A DNA stretch of 64,000 nt, taken from NCBI RefSeq assembly GCF_009914755.1, contig NC_060932.1; one strand, written 5' to 3'. The notes below the pieces were generated by a model. That model worked only from the letters and a program-made list of their open reading frames with translations, was not told the DNA's origin and ran no database searches. The first letter of the stretch is position 1; each line of letters begins with the position of its first letter. The stretch is from the human T2T-CHM13v2.0 reference genome, Homo sapiens. Below, one piece after another: positions 19,782-35,277 of the stretch. Both the position numbers and the translations under genes were made by a program.

Positions 19782-20153
19782 CTGTTTTTAACTTTTAACC
19801 CAAATTCTTTTAAGTATGCCTCATGTAGAAACATGAGTTGGATTTTATGTAAGTTTGTAAGTTTATCTCATGTAGAAAGCATGGAGTTGCATTTATCTTA
19901 TGAACTAAGTGAACCATTTAGTACTTAACTAAATATTATTTAAAAAAATTAACCACTTATGTTAGTATATAATTATATGCTAATGCCATTTTATCACAAT
20001 TGTTTTACATTATGTAAAACATACATGTTTTATCATAATATTCTATCATAAATGTTTTACATTTGCCATCTTGTTTTTTCTGCATTCTTTTTTACGTTGC
20101 TTTGCAGTTTTAATTTTACCACCTGCTAATCTTAAAATGCCTTTAAAAATATA

Positions 20154-20609
20154 CAGATAGTCCCTGACTTACAAAGGTTCAATTTAGGATTTTTCAACTT
20201 TACAATGCTGCAAAAGTGATATGCATTCAGTAGGAACCATACTTGGAATTCTGATATTTGATATTTTCCCAGGCTAGTAATATGTGGTACAATACTCTCT
20301 TCTGATGCTGAGCATGGAGGTATTAATAAGTCCCAGCTCCCAGTGAGCTATGCGATCATGAGGGTAATTAACCAATATTCTATAGTGTACTGTGTTGTCA
20401 GCATTTTTTGGATATTGTGTTTTGTGTTTTCACATTCAATTGCGTCTACAAAACACTCAACTACACTAATGTATGTGTTCTGGGCACGTTTTTGGTAGGC
20501 TAGGCTAAGCTAGGATAGGTGTATTTTAACACCTTTTTGACTTACAATATTTTAAACCTTCATTGGGGTTTATCAGGACCTAACTCCATTGTAAGTTAAG
20601 GAGCACTTG
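20154..20609 (-). mobile_element. Tigger-family MITE (MER47-like)
   Basis: TIR-like ends cagatagtccctgactta / taagttaaggagcacttg flanked by TA. Confidence 0.75.
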
Positions 20610-21781
20610 TACTTAAAAACTTGGCAATTTGTCTGATAAAACTTCTCTTCTGACTCAAGAATACTCAAATAATATGGTCTTGCTCTTCATGTACCCTTTT
20701 AACTTTATTAGCCAGTTCCTCTTTGTTGATCAAAACCATGTCTGCAGCAGTTATGTAGGGAAAGCATGAGTACAAATGAAATTGGACATACCGAGATTTT
20801 GAGATTAAGAATGTTAAGCTCTATAGACTAACTGTAGCATAACACTATAGTGAATTGACAATGAATTGCATAAAAGCAGGGTTGTGGTAAATTGGACGAA
20901 CCAGATAAGTATATTGGCTTTTCTTAAAAATAACTGCAGCTTAGAAGGGTAGTTTATACATTCCCCTGAGAAGATAAAGTATAATGTAGTTTGAATTTTC
21001 TATACTTTGTTAAAGAAATATAATTCTACTGGTTTCTAGTTTCTGTAGTGTTGGTCTTCTCTCACTTCTGTTAATACATAATCAGTCACTAAATCCTTCT
21101 CATTCTTTCATCAGATTTACTATTTTCTATTTTGGCAACTATTTTTTTAAACTCAGGTCCTTAACAATTCACACCTGTATTATTACAGTGCCTCCTCATT
21201 CTATTTCTATACTTTGTTGCAATATTATGTTATCAAAGACATTCTTTTCTTACATTCTCTTGTTTACATATGTAAGTAAGGTGGCTCTCAGACAAAATTG
21301 AGGCATCTCATCCTAGGCATCAGAATACCCTTCTTGCTTCACTGTTGTCTGTATCTAAACTCAGACACCACTTCTCTAACTGGTGTTTCTATTCTGGCTA
21401 AGCAGATCTTACTGTGTTCTAAAATACATCTCCCATTTTTGTGTCTTTGTTCATATTGTTCATACCATTTCTCCTCCCTAAAATGATCTGCTTCTTCTGT
21501 ATGAGGTATCTGTGATTACCATATCCATTCTTCTACTTTTACATTTCTTAATCATATAGGCTGTGCATCATGAATGTAACTTCTACATTGTATTATAATT
21601 TTTTAACATTTTTGTCTTTCATTTCTCAAAGAATATAACTTCAGTTTTTTGTGTGTTTTTGGGGTGTGTGTGTGACCTTTCTACTAGTTTGTCAAAAATG
21701 TTTAGAGTAGGACAGGAGTCTTTTCTTTCTTATTGCTCTACACTCCTCTAGGACACTGTCTTTGTCTTTACAGTTGTTTGA

Positions 21782-22231
<450 letters not shown>

Positions 22232-22579
22232 TAAGGATCATCTTCAGATCAGGAACTCCGGTGCTAATAGACTGAAACTGAACCTTGTCTTTTAACATCT
22301 CCAGGGTTTTAATTTATCTTTAAAAACTACTAAAATTTCAATTTAATAATCTCAAAGGATCCTTCCCTTCTATGATTTTTAAAAATGTATACAATAATCT
22401 ATCTGTGTCATAGAAAATCAATCACTATTTTAAAAATCCATCAGGAATTTCTTTTTAAATATTGTTTCTTTGTTTACTGGAAATGAATATGGTATAATCT
22501 GTACACGTAAGCTATAGATATATGTCAACTAAAATTTGGTAATCAGATTGTCCACTGAGAGTTAAACTATGATTTAAAT

Positions 22580-22911
22580 TAGGGGTCCCCAACCTCCAGC
22601 TGCAGACTGGTACCTGCCTTGGCCTGTTATGAACTGGGCTGCACAGCAGGAGGTGAGTGAGCATTACAGCCTGAACTCTGCCTACTGTCAGATCAGCAGT
22701 GGTATTAGATTCTAACAGGAGCACAAACCCTATTGTGACCTGCACATGTGAGGGATCCAAGTTGCATGCTCCTTATGAGAATCTAACTAATGCCTAATGA
22801 TCTGAGGCAGGACAGTTTAATCCTGAAACAATCCCAACTCTGCTCACCATCCATGGAAAAACTGTCTTCCATGAAACCAGTCCCTGGTGCCAAAAAGGTT
22901 GGGGACAACTA
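22580..22911. mobile_element. MER1-type hAT MITE
   Basis: TIRs aggggtccccaacc / ggttggggaca; 8-bp TSD atttaaat at 22572-22579 and 22912-22919. Confidence 0.85.
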
Positions 22912-23154
22912 ATTTAAATCATAACAGATAAGACATACAAAACTCCTTGAAGAGACAGAATGGTTCCTAGGCTTCCTGCTAAATAAGACTCTAATGAGGC
23001 CAAAGATAATTATCCTACCCCCCCAAAAAAAAATTTAAATCAGAAGTTTGTTAGGTTAAATACACACATATTAACTTTAATATGTACAAGTACTGGATAC
23101 TAGGAGTCCAAAGGTAGTACCCTTTGGACTACTTTAAAATACATATATATTTCA

Positions 23155-23747
<593 letters not shown>

Positions 23748-25159
23748 TATATACACACACATATAATATACATATATAACACATACATATATATTTCAAA
23801 TGAATATTGACAATATTTCAAAATAAATGTTTTAATCAATTTTTGTGGAAAAATAAAATTTTACCATCTTAACCATTACTTTTTGAAAGGTAGTATTTGC
23901 ACATAACCCAAATCGCAAAAGTCTCATAAACAGTTTTCATCAAAAAGCAAGTCTCCATCCCAGTCCTGCCCCATCCATAGTTAGTTACCTTTTCTGGAGG
24001 CCAGTTTCTTGCTTATTTTTCCAGAGATACTTCATTATAAGCATTAAGATATGTATATATGTTGTGTGTACATAGGTGTATTTTTCCAGTAACTCTTTTT
24101 CTTGTACTTTAAATTGTTTCCAACTTGTTGACAGACATTTAGGATCTTTCCAATCTTTTACAATTTCAATGTTCTACGAATATTTTTACACATGTTATTT
24201 CACACATGGTTAAATATTTCTGTAGAATAAATTCCTAGAAGTGCAACTGTTGGATCAAAGAATATATGGATTTTTATTTTAAATAGATATTGCTGTACTG
24301 GCATCTATGGAGATTGAGTACCAAGTTACACTTTCATAACAATAAACATTATACTTAAGAGCCTGTTTTCCATACCCCTCAATACATCCTTTTGGAAAAA
24401 TGGGACTTTGGAAAGTTACTTTTTTTTTTTTTTCCTTTTTTCTTTTTTTGTTCTTTTAACCCAATGGTTCCTTTAGAGACAGGGAAGTCCCTTTTTACAA
24501 GAACCATGTTTTTCATCCTTTTGTCACTTAACAATAGAAATCATTTAGCAAATATCAAGTTTTGTTAATGTGAGACATACTTATTATTAGCTGAAAGTTC
24601 TAAGACTATTCTGTTGGGGAAATTAAGATTCACAAACACCTATTATAAATATTAAATTATTTCTATTTGCATTAAATTTTAAGGTAGATTTTAAAATCTA
24701 CTGACATTCTGGATACAAAGTCTACTTACAATTATTCTATCAAAAAAAATTGAAACTCTGAAGCTCTTCATTTAGATAATCCTGTAACTGATATTTACAA
24801 CGTGATAATCTCTTCAAGGAGTCCAGGGATCTTGTACTTACATATTTTATGGTGGAGCAAAAAGTCAAAGGATAAATGCTGAGTCAAGGAACAGAAGAAA
24901 AAAAAAACATGAGAAATAGTAACTATGAAGACAAAGATTCCTTTCTGAAAGGAGAATGCTTTGGAAATTTTGTTTTAAAATGACTCTGGGGGAAATGAGG
25001 GGACGAGAGGGGAGGAAAGAAAAGAAGGGAGCAAACAGGAGGGGAGGGGAGGTTTACATCTTTAGAAATCAGTTATGAAACACACAGCAATTCTGGCCAA
25101 TGTCAGAAAGCTGAAAGGTATGAAGAAAATATCCTTCCCTTCGAGGCACAAGCACTGAC

Positions 25160-25297
25160 CTGTAAAAGTTGTGTTGCAGTAGCTCTCTGCTCAGGATTCT
25201 TCACCAAACACTTTTTAACAAAATCGGTGAAATCATCGGACCAAAGTTCTGGCTTTCTGAATGTTGGTGGTGGATTTGTGGGAATCATAAAAATAGC
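25160..25297 (-). CDS. STK3: STK3/MST2 coding exon (probably exon 7), 138 nt, phase 0-0: AIFMIPTNPPPTFRKPELWSDDFTDFVKKCLVKNPEQRATATQLLQ
   Basis: STE20 kinase subdomains X-XI with MST2-type residues (SDDF, VKKC, KNPE); acceptor tag at 25298-25300, donor gtcagt starting at 25159; joins in frame to the 8788-8913 exon (LLQ|HPF). Confidence 0.97.
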
Positions 25298-28200
25298 CTA
25301 GTACAAATGAAATATCCAAAAGACAGTAAGAATCACACTAGCACAATCAAATAAACAAATCTCTTTATCTGTCTTTTTATCAGACTCTAAATTTGAAAAA
25401 CAAATTTAAGCTGTTCTAGGATTTCTAGTAACACTGAAATTCAGGAAGCCAGTCCATCTGCTACTAATGTAATCATTTCCCATTAAATTTCCTCTATTTG
25501 AATTGTAGCTCATTGAGCACATCATTCTTTATTTTACCTATTACTTTTTTTTATCAGTCTCTAAAGAAGACTATATTTCTGACCCACTAAGGACTTTCCC
25601 TAAACATATATATTCCCAAATTTTGCTACTACATGCCAGATTTACTTCTTGTTTCAGTTTTATATAAGCATTGCTGCTTAAAATGGGTAGTAGGAGTCCA
25701 ATTTGCTTTTGCAATCCAGAATATTTAAGTAAAATTACTGCTATAATTTGAAATAATACTTGACAGAGCCAAGACTTTTCTCTTTTTAAATATGAGTCAA
25801 AATTTCAAATGAAAAATTTCAAAGGTAATATACTACTTTAATTTATTACTAATGATTGAGTACTTATAATTTAGTGGTAATGATAATACATTCAGAAACC
25901 TCAAAAATCAAAAGCCATAAAAAGAGTCCATCTCATCTCTCGCCTCCTAGATAGTCACCCTGGCCTGTTTTTGCTTTTAATCTGAGTATGTTTATGACCC
26001 AAGAAGTAGATTAAAAAAACAAAAACAAAAACCTGAAGACATTCTAAATATGAAATACAAGTCAGTTAGGGGGTTAATGTAGATGTCCCAACATGAGTAA
26101 TAAAATGTTCAAACTAGAATAGTATCTACAGGAATGAAATGGAAGAAATGAAGCATGAGATACTTCAAAGGAGGAACCAAGAGTACATGCTAATAATATT
26201 GTTTTGGAGAGGTGAAAAAAGGAAGCATGAAAAATTACTCCAGAATTCAAGAAATAAGAAATAGGTACCTTAAATTGCAAGGCACTCAGGTATTTTAATA
26301 ATTGCCTATATCATTCTTTTGAATGCCCTCAGAATATGCAGCCATTTAATATAATGCATTATCATTGGTTTCTTACTTGGAAAGTGATCAAATGGACTTT
26401 CTGTGGACACAGCAGCAAAGACTCAATATCCAAGTCTGTTGATTATAGGTTAAGAGTCAATCTTTTTACCAGTATATGCATCTTCTTTCAAAAAACGTAA
26501 ATTCTTTAATAGATTAGAATATTTTATATACCTCACGTCATGTTATACATATTACATCTATGATAGTCTTTCAAAAGCAGTGTAGCCAGTATTACAAAAC
26601 AATAAACATCTTTCAATCAAACAAATATTTATAAAGCATTTCTGTGTGTTCAGAACAATGCTATAATTTAGAGGTATCAAAACAAAGGGCCACAGGCCAA
26701 ATAGTGCCAGTGGACCTACTTCGTTCAGACAAAATCAATCTCACATTGCCACAAGATGAATCTGCTGTAATTAGACTAATTTAAACTAGGACATATGTTC
26801 TTCCTTTTGCGTGAGCTCTATCTAGCCTGGCTCAATTATCTACTTTATGTGATGGTCCCTTTAAATATCAGACCTTATAAACCCGGCTATTACAGTTTTT
26901 AAAATAGGATACATATCTCAGACCCCCAGAGCTCACAGTCAACTTGTGCAGAAAAAAAAAAAAACACATATGAAACGAATAGCAAACAACTGAGTGCCAG
27001 ACAATGAAATTCTGCCTGCAAATAACCTAATTAATCTCAGACAGCTCCACAGTTGAGGCAGAACCTAATAAGGCTTTAAAAAATGAGTAAAATGGGGTTA
27101 AAAGCAGCTGCTGGAAAAGGCACACAAAACCACCTGCTACTTCCAACTAGAGAATAAAAATAAATTTGAACTCTCATCTCTGTGAAACAGTTCAAAGGAC
27201 TTACATAAGCCCCTATATAGACTGACCTCAAACTGCAGGTAAATTATACTAGATTGTCTAGATAAATATTGTTCATCTGCACTTCTGTTGTAAACTGGTG
27301 GATAACACAATGATTTATGTCCTTGAAGCCAATGCTCTCCTTTGAACTTTGAGGCAATGAGTTGCAGTCTTATCTTGAGATAATCTTAACATATAAGGCT
27401 CACCTTAGCAGTAGCTATTAGAAACCCAAGGATAAAAAGCTTAACTCTAACTCTTATTTACCCAGTACTCTCATAAAGTGAACCTAAAATGTCACATTCT
27501 ACCCTCAAATATGCATTGAACAAGCATGAACACCGAGCATACAGTCCAAACAAATAAGTCTTAGCGTATGATCTACACCAAAATGTCTCCAGGAAAACCA
27601 CTATGCCATTTATTTCCATTTTTTAAGGTTAGCTCATCAATAATAGATTTTCTTGACAGCCTTACTGTACTAATTTAACTAATTTAACCTAATAATGAAC
27701 CACAGAGGATCCTCTTAAGAATCTCTAGGTTTTATATGAGTTGATTAGGTATTAGGCCCCTTCTATAGAAAGTTTTGGCAATCAGTGGCTCACTTTAGAC
27801 TAACAATTCATTCCCTTGCCACCAACCAAATCACAGGGACACACATTACAGCCATATAATTTATCTTATCTCTAACACCATTTTGATTGAAGAATGTTAG
27901 TAAAATAAATGACATGATTATCCTTGTGTTTGTTTCTACACAATGTGTTGCTTAACTACATACCAAACCTCTGATTATGTTTCTAAAAGAACTACTCTGA
28001 TCACAAGCAGTTTAATAACGCAAGAAATCTAGGTGCTTCAAAACAACTAATTATCTTCATGCCTGAAATGTCATGCCTTAGACTGCAAGAGTACCCAGGA
28101 GATGTGGAAAGGGCTGAAAATGAGAATCAACAATGACTGAACTTTATAATCTCAGTGGAATGAGTCAACACATGTCTGACTCTACAGCAGCTGAGTCTGT

Positions 28201-28817
28201 GAATGTATAGAAGTGATGGGCATGCCAGAATAACAAAGAAATTCATGCTATTATTTAAGAACCTCAGATATATGAGCAAAAGGTTATCTTCACAACAAAT
28301 AAATGAGATAAAGGATGAGAAAACACTATAAAACTATAAAGAAGTAAACAAATATAGCTGTTTCCTGATAGCAAACATAATACACAGGTAACAAGCTAAA
28401 TAAAATTTTAAAATAATTTCTGGAAAGGAAATAAAGTAATTACACTAATTTATAAAAGACAGTACAAATAAAAGCAAACAGTACAATGTGATGAGGCCAA
28501 TACTGGACATGAGTCAGAAAAACTGGCTTGAGTTCTAAATCACTACCTGACTGTGTGGCTTTAGTATCATTTTGTTTTTTTTTTCCAAGTAAGGAGGTTG
28601 AACTGGATGTTTATCAGGTCCCGTACTGGGTATAAAAAGACCCTGGCACTCTTTACCACGTATTAAAAAACCCTGGCACTCTAACTGCCTAGCAATTGAA
28701 GGGTAAAATTATACTAAACAAGTATTAAATTGCTAGTTAGGAAAGGGATGGAGAAGAGGAAAAAGAGGGAAGGACAGGAAAAGGCCTTTTAGATGTTAAT
28801 ATAAAAATGTGAATCTA

Positions 28818-29110
28818 GGCCAGGTGCAGTGACTCATGCCTGTAATCCCAACACTTTGAGGGGCTGAGGCAGGTGGATCACCTGAGGCCAGGAGTTCGAG
28901 ACCAGCCTGGCCAATATGGTGAAACCCTGTCTCTCCCAAAAAACAAAAATTAGCCAGGCATGGTGGCAGGCACTTGTAATCCCAGCTACTAGGGTGGCTG
29001 AGGCAGAATTGCTTGAACCTGGGAGATGGAGGTTACAACGAGCCAAGATCACGCCATTGCACTACAGCCTGGGCAACAAGAGGGAAACTCCATCTAAAAA
29101 AGAAAAAAAA
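28818..29110 (+). mobile_element. Alu (AluS)
   Basis: TSD aaaaatgtgaatcta on both sides. Confidence 0.95.
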
Positions 29111-29439
29111 TGTGAATCTAAATTTTTATCACCATTCCCTCAAAAGCAAATATGAAATATACAGAAATTTTGAAGAGAATAGTAAATCTAAAGTGAAACT
29201 TTCTCCTATAATAAAGTTTCCACAGTAAGCACAGAGTTAAAGTATTGGGAACATGAACTCACAATTCACTCCAGTTCCAGTAGCAATCATTAATCTGGCC
29301 AAGAAAGGCCAATGTGCCAGCCTGGAAACCAAATTAAGGGAGAGGGTGCAGCTGGTATTCTGGAAGTACAAAGCAAATAAGAGAACCAGCTCTAGATGGC
29401 ACTGGGTACATAACAGCACCATTATTAGTAACTATCTGA

Positions 29440-29690
29440 CCTATTTAACTACTCTATGCCTCTGTTCCCATATCTTAATATGGGAATGTTAGGGCTGTTC
29501 TGAATTTTAAATAGATTAATACATGTAAAACACTTAGAATAGTGCCTGGCACAATTGTAAATGCTCAATAATGTGAGCTATTATTAACCTAATTTTACGA
29601 CTGAGGCTCACAAGAGTAAGCTAGCTTATTCAAGATCACACAGCTAGTAAAGTGAATGTCAAAATTAGAACAAGTTTGATTCCTTAGCAT
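29440..29690. mobile_element. MIR fragments
   Basis: catgtaaaacacttagaatagtgcctggcaca; caagatcacacagctagtaa. Confidence 0.7.
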
Positions 29691-31321
29691 ATGCTACCTC
29701 ACATTACCACTGCTTCCATCAGATTTCTGCTGCACATAATTTTATTTTAAGATAAAGGCTCTGTTACATACATTCAGTCTCTAGAAAAAAGTGGAAAAGT
29801 ATTTGTAACAAAGAAGATTATAGTTTTACTGTCTCTAACGGTGGAAAACTGAAGAAAAAAAAAGTCAAACAATTGAGGGTGCTAAGTAAACTATATATGA
29901 ATAACATAAAGTAACATATTGCCATAAAAACTGACAAATGTGTGAATTACAAAACCACAAAGAAAAGTTCTTAAAAAGCAAAAATGAGGGAGTAAAACAG
30001 TAAAGACTGCTTTCACATAAAAATGACTAGTATGCAGCAATAAAAACTAAAAGATGGTATAGAATCTTAAAAATTTAAACTGTCAATTCATAGCAGCAAT
30101 TATGTACAAGATTGTATAAGTGTCTTTAAAATTTATTTTTACTATGATGGTTTTTAAATTTTTTTTTACTTTTAAAAATTATACTTGCAGCTAGGCATAG
30201 TGGCTCATGCCTGTAGTCCCTGAGCTGAGAGGCTGAGGAAGGTGGATTGCTTGAGCCCAGGAGCTCAAGACAAGCCTAGGCAACACAATGAGATCCTGAC
30301 TCTATTTAAATATATATACATATATTTAAAAGTATTTAAAAATTATACTCGCAATTGCAAAAGCTTCATTTGATACCACCCCTTAAGCTGTCACCTATTC
30401 CAGTCTGCCCCACAACCACCTCTTACTCATGCACTATTTAAATCCCAATACAATCAATTGTAAATCTTAACCATCTTTCAAGACTGAAATATAATATCCC
30501 TTTAATACAATCCAACAATATCATAAAACATGGCTGTAGAGAAAAGCAAAAGTGAACAAAAGCCAACACTTAAAGAACTTTATCACAAATTTCACTCTCT
30601 CAGATAGAAGTCCTATGATCAGTTCAACTGACTTTTGTAAGCACATAAATGTATCCATACCTGCAATATATTAACTTCTTCAAGAAATTTAGAGTCTAAT
30701 GGAATATAAAAATGTATATCAGATCATTTTAATAAAATAGTGTAAGTGCTCAAATACATGTGAGCAATAGGTATTACAAAGGATGACTTAGCCCAAATAG
30801 GTATGTGAGCTAAATGGGTATGGGAAGATGAGATTTCAGCTGAGTCATAAAGAATGAGTGAGTCAGTGAAGCACAGAAAGGAGACCAGCATCTTCTCAGT
30901 TGTGAAGTTTGAAACCTCATGGAGCTGTGAGAGAAACTGACTTATTTCAGATGTAGGGCAGGGAAATTACGAGGTGAGCCAAAGGCATCTTGTTGCCCAT
31001 AAAGAAAGAAATCACTCAAATACTAACTGGATCACATCAGAAGTTCAGCACTTGTAGAACTTAGTATCAGCCATAAAAGAGTCTGATTTAACTGATCTGG
31101 GGTGACGACAAGGCACAATATTTTCTTACATCTCCCAAGCAATTCCAATATGTGAGTAACATGGAGAACCACTATTCTAAAATATAAAATACAAGACAAG
31201 TGCTATCACTGTTTAATATCTCAACTTCAGAACTTTCCATATTTTAATATTGTACTCTGATTAGTTATAAACTCATTCTAAATGCCCTGGATAACATGAA
31301 AACTACCTGAAGGCAAGACAG

Positions 31322-31683
31322 TGTCTTCTATCGTCTGAATGTTTGTGTCTCTTGCAAAATTCTTATGTTCAAAGCAAATCACCAACGTGATGGTATTAGA
31401 AGGTGGGGCCTTTGGGAGGCGATTAGGTCATAAGGGCTCCACCTTTGTGAATGGAATTAATGCCCTCATAAACAAGTCCCCACAGAACCATCTAATCCCT
31501 TCTGCCAAATAAGGACACATAGAAGGTGCCTTCTATGAGGAACAAGCCCTAACTAGACACCAAATCTGCTAGCACCTAGATCTTGAACTTCCAAGCCTCC
31601 AGAACTGTGAGCAATACATATCTTTTGTACATAAATTACCCAGTCTAAGGTATTTTGTTATAGCAACCCAAACAGACTATACA
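31322..31683 (+). mobile_element. MLT1A/MST-type solo LTR
   Basis: Starts with tctgaatgtttgtgtc and ends with tttgttatagcaacccaaacagactataca. Confidence 0.75.
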
Positions 31684-32362
31684 ATCACTTAAGTTTTATA
31701 TGTCAACTGCATTAGGCATAGTACTTCTCCATAGTAAAACCTAAATTTATACTGAGAGTGTTGATATAAAGACATCCAGTTAAGTATGGTAACTGAACAT
31801 ACTGATTTACTTCAACTCCTTCCCCAAAATCCTGCTAAAGTACAGTAAGAATTTTAAAAAGGCTTAACCTCCAAAGAGAGAAGGGCAATAGAAAATAAGA
31901 GACAGCAATAAAATTTTGGAAATAGAAAGTAGATGAAAGAGTCATAACTGACTCAAAAGATCTGAGAAATCAGTAAGAAGCACATCAATTCCCTCCAAAT
32001 AACTAAAAAAAAAAAAAAAGCCTAAGAACTTGGAAGTACCAAATATATCTAAAGATAGTGGACACCTGTAACAAGGAGCACACCTGGTACCAAGATCTTG
32101 GCTTCTAAAATGCCAATCCCCAGTAAAAGAAACCTATGCTCCTTGAGGAAATGACTAATTTCAAAGGTCAAAATAGGAAAATCACAAGGTTAGCTCTGGG
32201 TATCTTGCTAGGCCAGAAGGTAAGGAAACACTCAAAGATTAATGGTATTATGTCAAAAGGACATATAAATAACCAAATTTAGGATAATTTGAGCATCAAA
32301 ATAATAATAGTAATAATGACTATAACTGATTATAACAAATTGAAAACAATTAGTCTACAGTG

Positions 32363-32664
32363 TTTTTTTTTTTTATTTTTGAGATGGAGTCTCGCTGTCA
32401 CCCATCCAGGCTGGAGTGCAGTGACATGATCTAGGCTCACTGCAACTTCTACCTCCCAGGTTCAAGCGATTCTCATGCCTCAGCCTCCCAAGTAGCTGGG
32501 ATTACAGGTGCCCGCCACCATGCCTGGCTATTTTTCACATTTTTAGTAGAGACAAGGTTTCACCATACTGGCCAGGCTAATCTCAAACTCCTGACCTCAA
32601 ATGATCTGCCCACCTTGGCCTCCCAAAGTGCTGGGATTACAGGTGTGAGCCACCGCACCTGGCC
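32363..32664 (-). mobile_element. Alu (AluS)
   Basis: Full antisense Alu. Confidence 0.93.
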
Positions 32665-32880
32665 TATGACAATATTTTTCAAAGAGTTTAAGAAAAGCTG
32701 TTCTTTATAGAAAAATTCTAAAAATACACAGTAACTGAAATACAGTATCAACATATTGCACCCTCAATGTAATTTAATGATCAATTCAGGCAAGGAACAC
32801 CAATGGATACTTGAGTTTGGATATCTGTCCCCTCCAAATCTCATGTTGAAATGTGGTCCTCAATGCTGGAAGCGGGGCCT

Positions 32881-32945
32881 GGGAAGGAAGGGAAGAAGGA
32901 AAGGAAGGAAGAAGGAAAGGAAGAAGGGAAGGGAAGGAGGGAAAG
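32881..32945. repeat. (GGAA)n-like purine repeat
   Basis: Direct reading. Confidence 0.9.
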
Positions 32946-32947
32946 AT

Positions 32948-33378
32948 GATGTAGAGAGATAGAATGAATAATGCCCCCACCCCGCAAGATGTCTACGTTC
33001 TAATCCCCGGACTTGTGAATATGTTACTTTACATGGCAAAAAGGATTTTGAAGATAAGATTAAGTTAAAAGTCTTGAGGTGGACAGATTATCCTAAATTA
33101 TCTAGGCAGGCCAAATGTAATCAGAAGGGTCCTAAAAAGTGGAAGAGGGAGCCAGGAGAGTCAGAGGGAGATGTGAGTTTGGAATAATGGTCTGCTTTGA
33201 AGCAGTCTTCAAATAATGCTGCTTTGAAGATAAAGGAAGAGGGCCATGAGCCAAAGAATGTGGGCAGCCTTTAGAAGCTTGAAAAAGCAAGGAAACAAAT
33301 TCTCTCTGAGATACTCCAGGATAAAAAAGCTTCCCTGCCACCACTTCAGATGTAGCCTAGTGAGATATGTGTTAGACA
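32948..33378 (+). mobile_element. MLT1C/D-type LTR, 5' part (3' part lies inverted at ~34732-34829)
   Basis: gaatatgttactttacatggcaaaaaggatttt...gtgagatatgtgttagac. Confidence 0.75.
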
Positions 33379-33389
33379 CTGTATTTTGG

Positions 33390-34561
33390 AAAGCTCCAAA
33401 ATAATCTCCTTTGACTCCATGTCCCACATCCAGGGCACACTGATAAAAGGCGTGGGCTCCCAAAGCCTTCAGCCACTCCATCCCTATGGCCCTGCAGGGT
33501 TCAGCCCCTGAGGCTGCTCTCATGGGCTGGCATTGGGTGCCTATGGGTTTTCCAAGTGCATAGTGCCAGCTATTGGTAGCTCTATCTGGAGGGGTCTGGA
33601 GGATGGTGGCCCTCTTCTCACAGCTCCACCAGGCAGTACTCCAGTGAAGACTCTAACCCCATATTTCCCTCTTGCATTGCCCTAGTAGAGGTTCTCATGA
33701 AAGCTACAGCCCTACAGCAGACTTCTGCCTGGACATTCAGGCTTTTCCATATCTCCTCTAAAATCTAGGCTGGGGTTCCCAAGTCTCAACTGTTGCCTTC
33801 CTTTTAGTTATGAAAATGGCTGCAGCTGGCTTTTGCACCCTCAAATAAGTTTTTCTTTTCTACCACATGGCTGGGCTACAAAATTTTCAACTTTTATGTT
33901 CTGCTTCCCCTTTAAATACAAGTTTGAGTTTTACATCATTTCTTTGCTCATGCATATGGGCACAGGTTGTTAGAAGCAGCCAGGTCACCTCTTGAACACT
34001 TTACTGCTTAGAAATTTCTTCTGCCAGATACCCTAAATCATCAGTCTCAAGTTCAAAGATCCACAGATCCCCAGGGCAGGGGTAAAATGCCACTAGGTTC
34101 TTTGTTAATGCATAACAAAAGTGACATTTGCTCCAGTTCCCAGTAAGTTCCTCATCTCCATCCGAGACCTCATCAGCATGGATTTCATTGTCCATATCAC
34201 TATCAACATTTTGGTCACAATTTAACAAGTCTCTAAGAAGTTCCAAACTTTCCCTCATTTTCCTGTCTTCTTATGAGCCCTCCATACTCTTCCAGCCTCT
34301 GCCTGTTACCCACTTTCAAAGCTGCTTCCACATTTTCAGGTATCTTTATAGCAATGCCCTACTCCTTGGCACTGATTTTCTGTATTGGTCTATTCTCACA
34401 TTTCAATAAAGAAATATCTGAGACTGGGTAATTTATAAAGAAAAGAAGTTTAACTGGCTCATGGTTCTGCAGGCTGTATAGGAAGCATAGCAGCTTCTGT
34501 TTCAGGGAGACCTCAGGAAACTTACAATCATGGTGGAAGGTGAAGGGGAAGCAAGCACACC
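33390..34561 (-). mobile_element. MST internal region plus 3' half of an MST LTR (34381-34561)
   Basis: MST/THE1 internal motifs; LTR end tgtattggtctattctcaca. Confidence 0.8.
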
Positions 34562-35277
34562 TTTTTTTTTTTTTTTTTTTTGAGGCAGAGTTTCACTCTT
34601 GTCACCCAAGCTGGAGTGCAGCGGCATGATCTCGGCTCACTGCAACATCCGCCTGCCCATTTATGGTGATAACAACTTCTTCCTCTCTTACTTCCTCCCT
34701 CTCTGTCTTCGCCCTGCCCCCAGCTATCCGTCTATACTAGTTTTCTATTTCTGCTGTAGTAAGTTATCACAAATGTAGTGGTTCATACAACACAAGTTTA
34801 TTATCTTACAGCTCTTTAGGTTAGAAGTACAATATGGCTTGGCTCTGTGTCCCCGCTTAAATCTCCTGTCAAATTGTAATCCCCAATGTTAGCGGTGGGG
34901 CCTGATGGGAGGTGATTGGACCATGGGGGTGGAGTTGTCATGAATGGTTTATTATCATCCCCTTGGTGCTGTTCTCATGATAGTGAGTTATCATAAGATG
35001 TGGTTGTTAAAAGTGTGTAGCACCTTCCCCCTTTCTCTCTTCCTCCTGCTCTAGCCATGAAAGATATGTTTGTGGCCGGGTGCGGTAGCTCATGCCTGTA
35101 ATCCCAGCGCTTTGAGAGGCTGAGGCAGTCGGATCACCTGAGGTCAGGAGTTTGAGACCAGCTTGGCCAACATGGCAAAACCCCATCTCTGCTAAAAATA
35201 CAAAAATTAGCCAGGTGTGGTGGTGGGTGCCTGTAATCCCAGCTACTTGGGAGGCTGAGGCAAGAGAACTGCTTGAA
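34562..35277. mobile_element. One Alu split into a minus-strand 3' piece (34562-34659) and a plus-strand 5' piece (35073-35277), with MST LTR 5' half at ~34830-35072
   Basis: The pieces are complementary parts of the Alu consensus (...gaactgcttgaa | tgggcaggcggatgttgcag...). Confidence 0.85.

Noticed and set aside
28631-28682. Short duplication of accctggcactct; similar small duplications at ~19820-19895 and ~36661-36697
   Set aside because: Two or three copies only, consistent with slippage; not an array or CRISPR.
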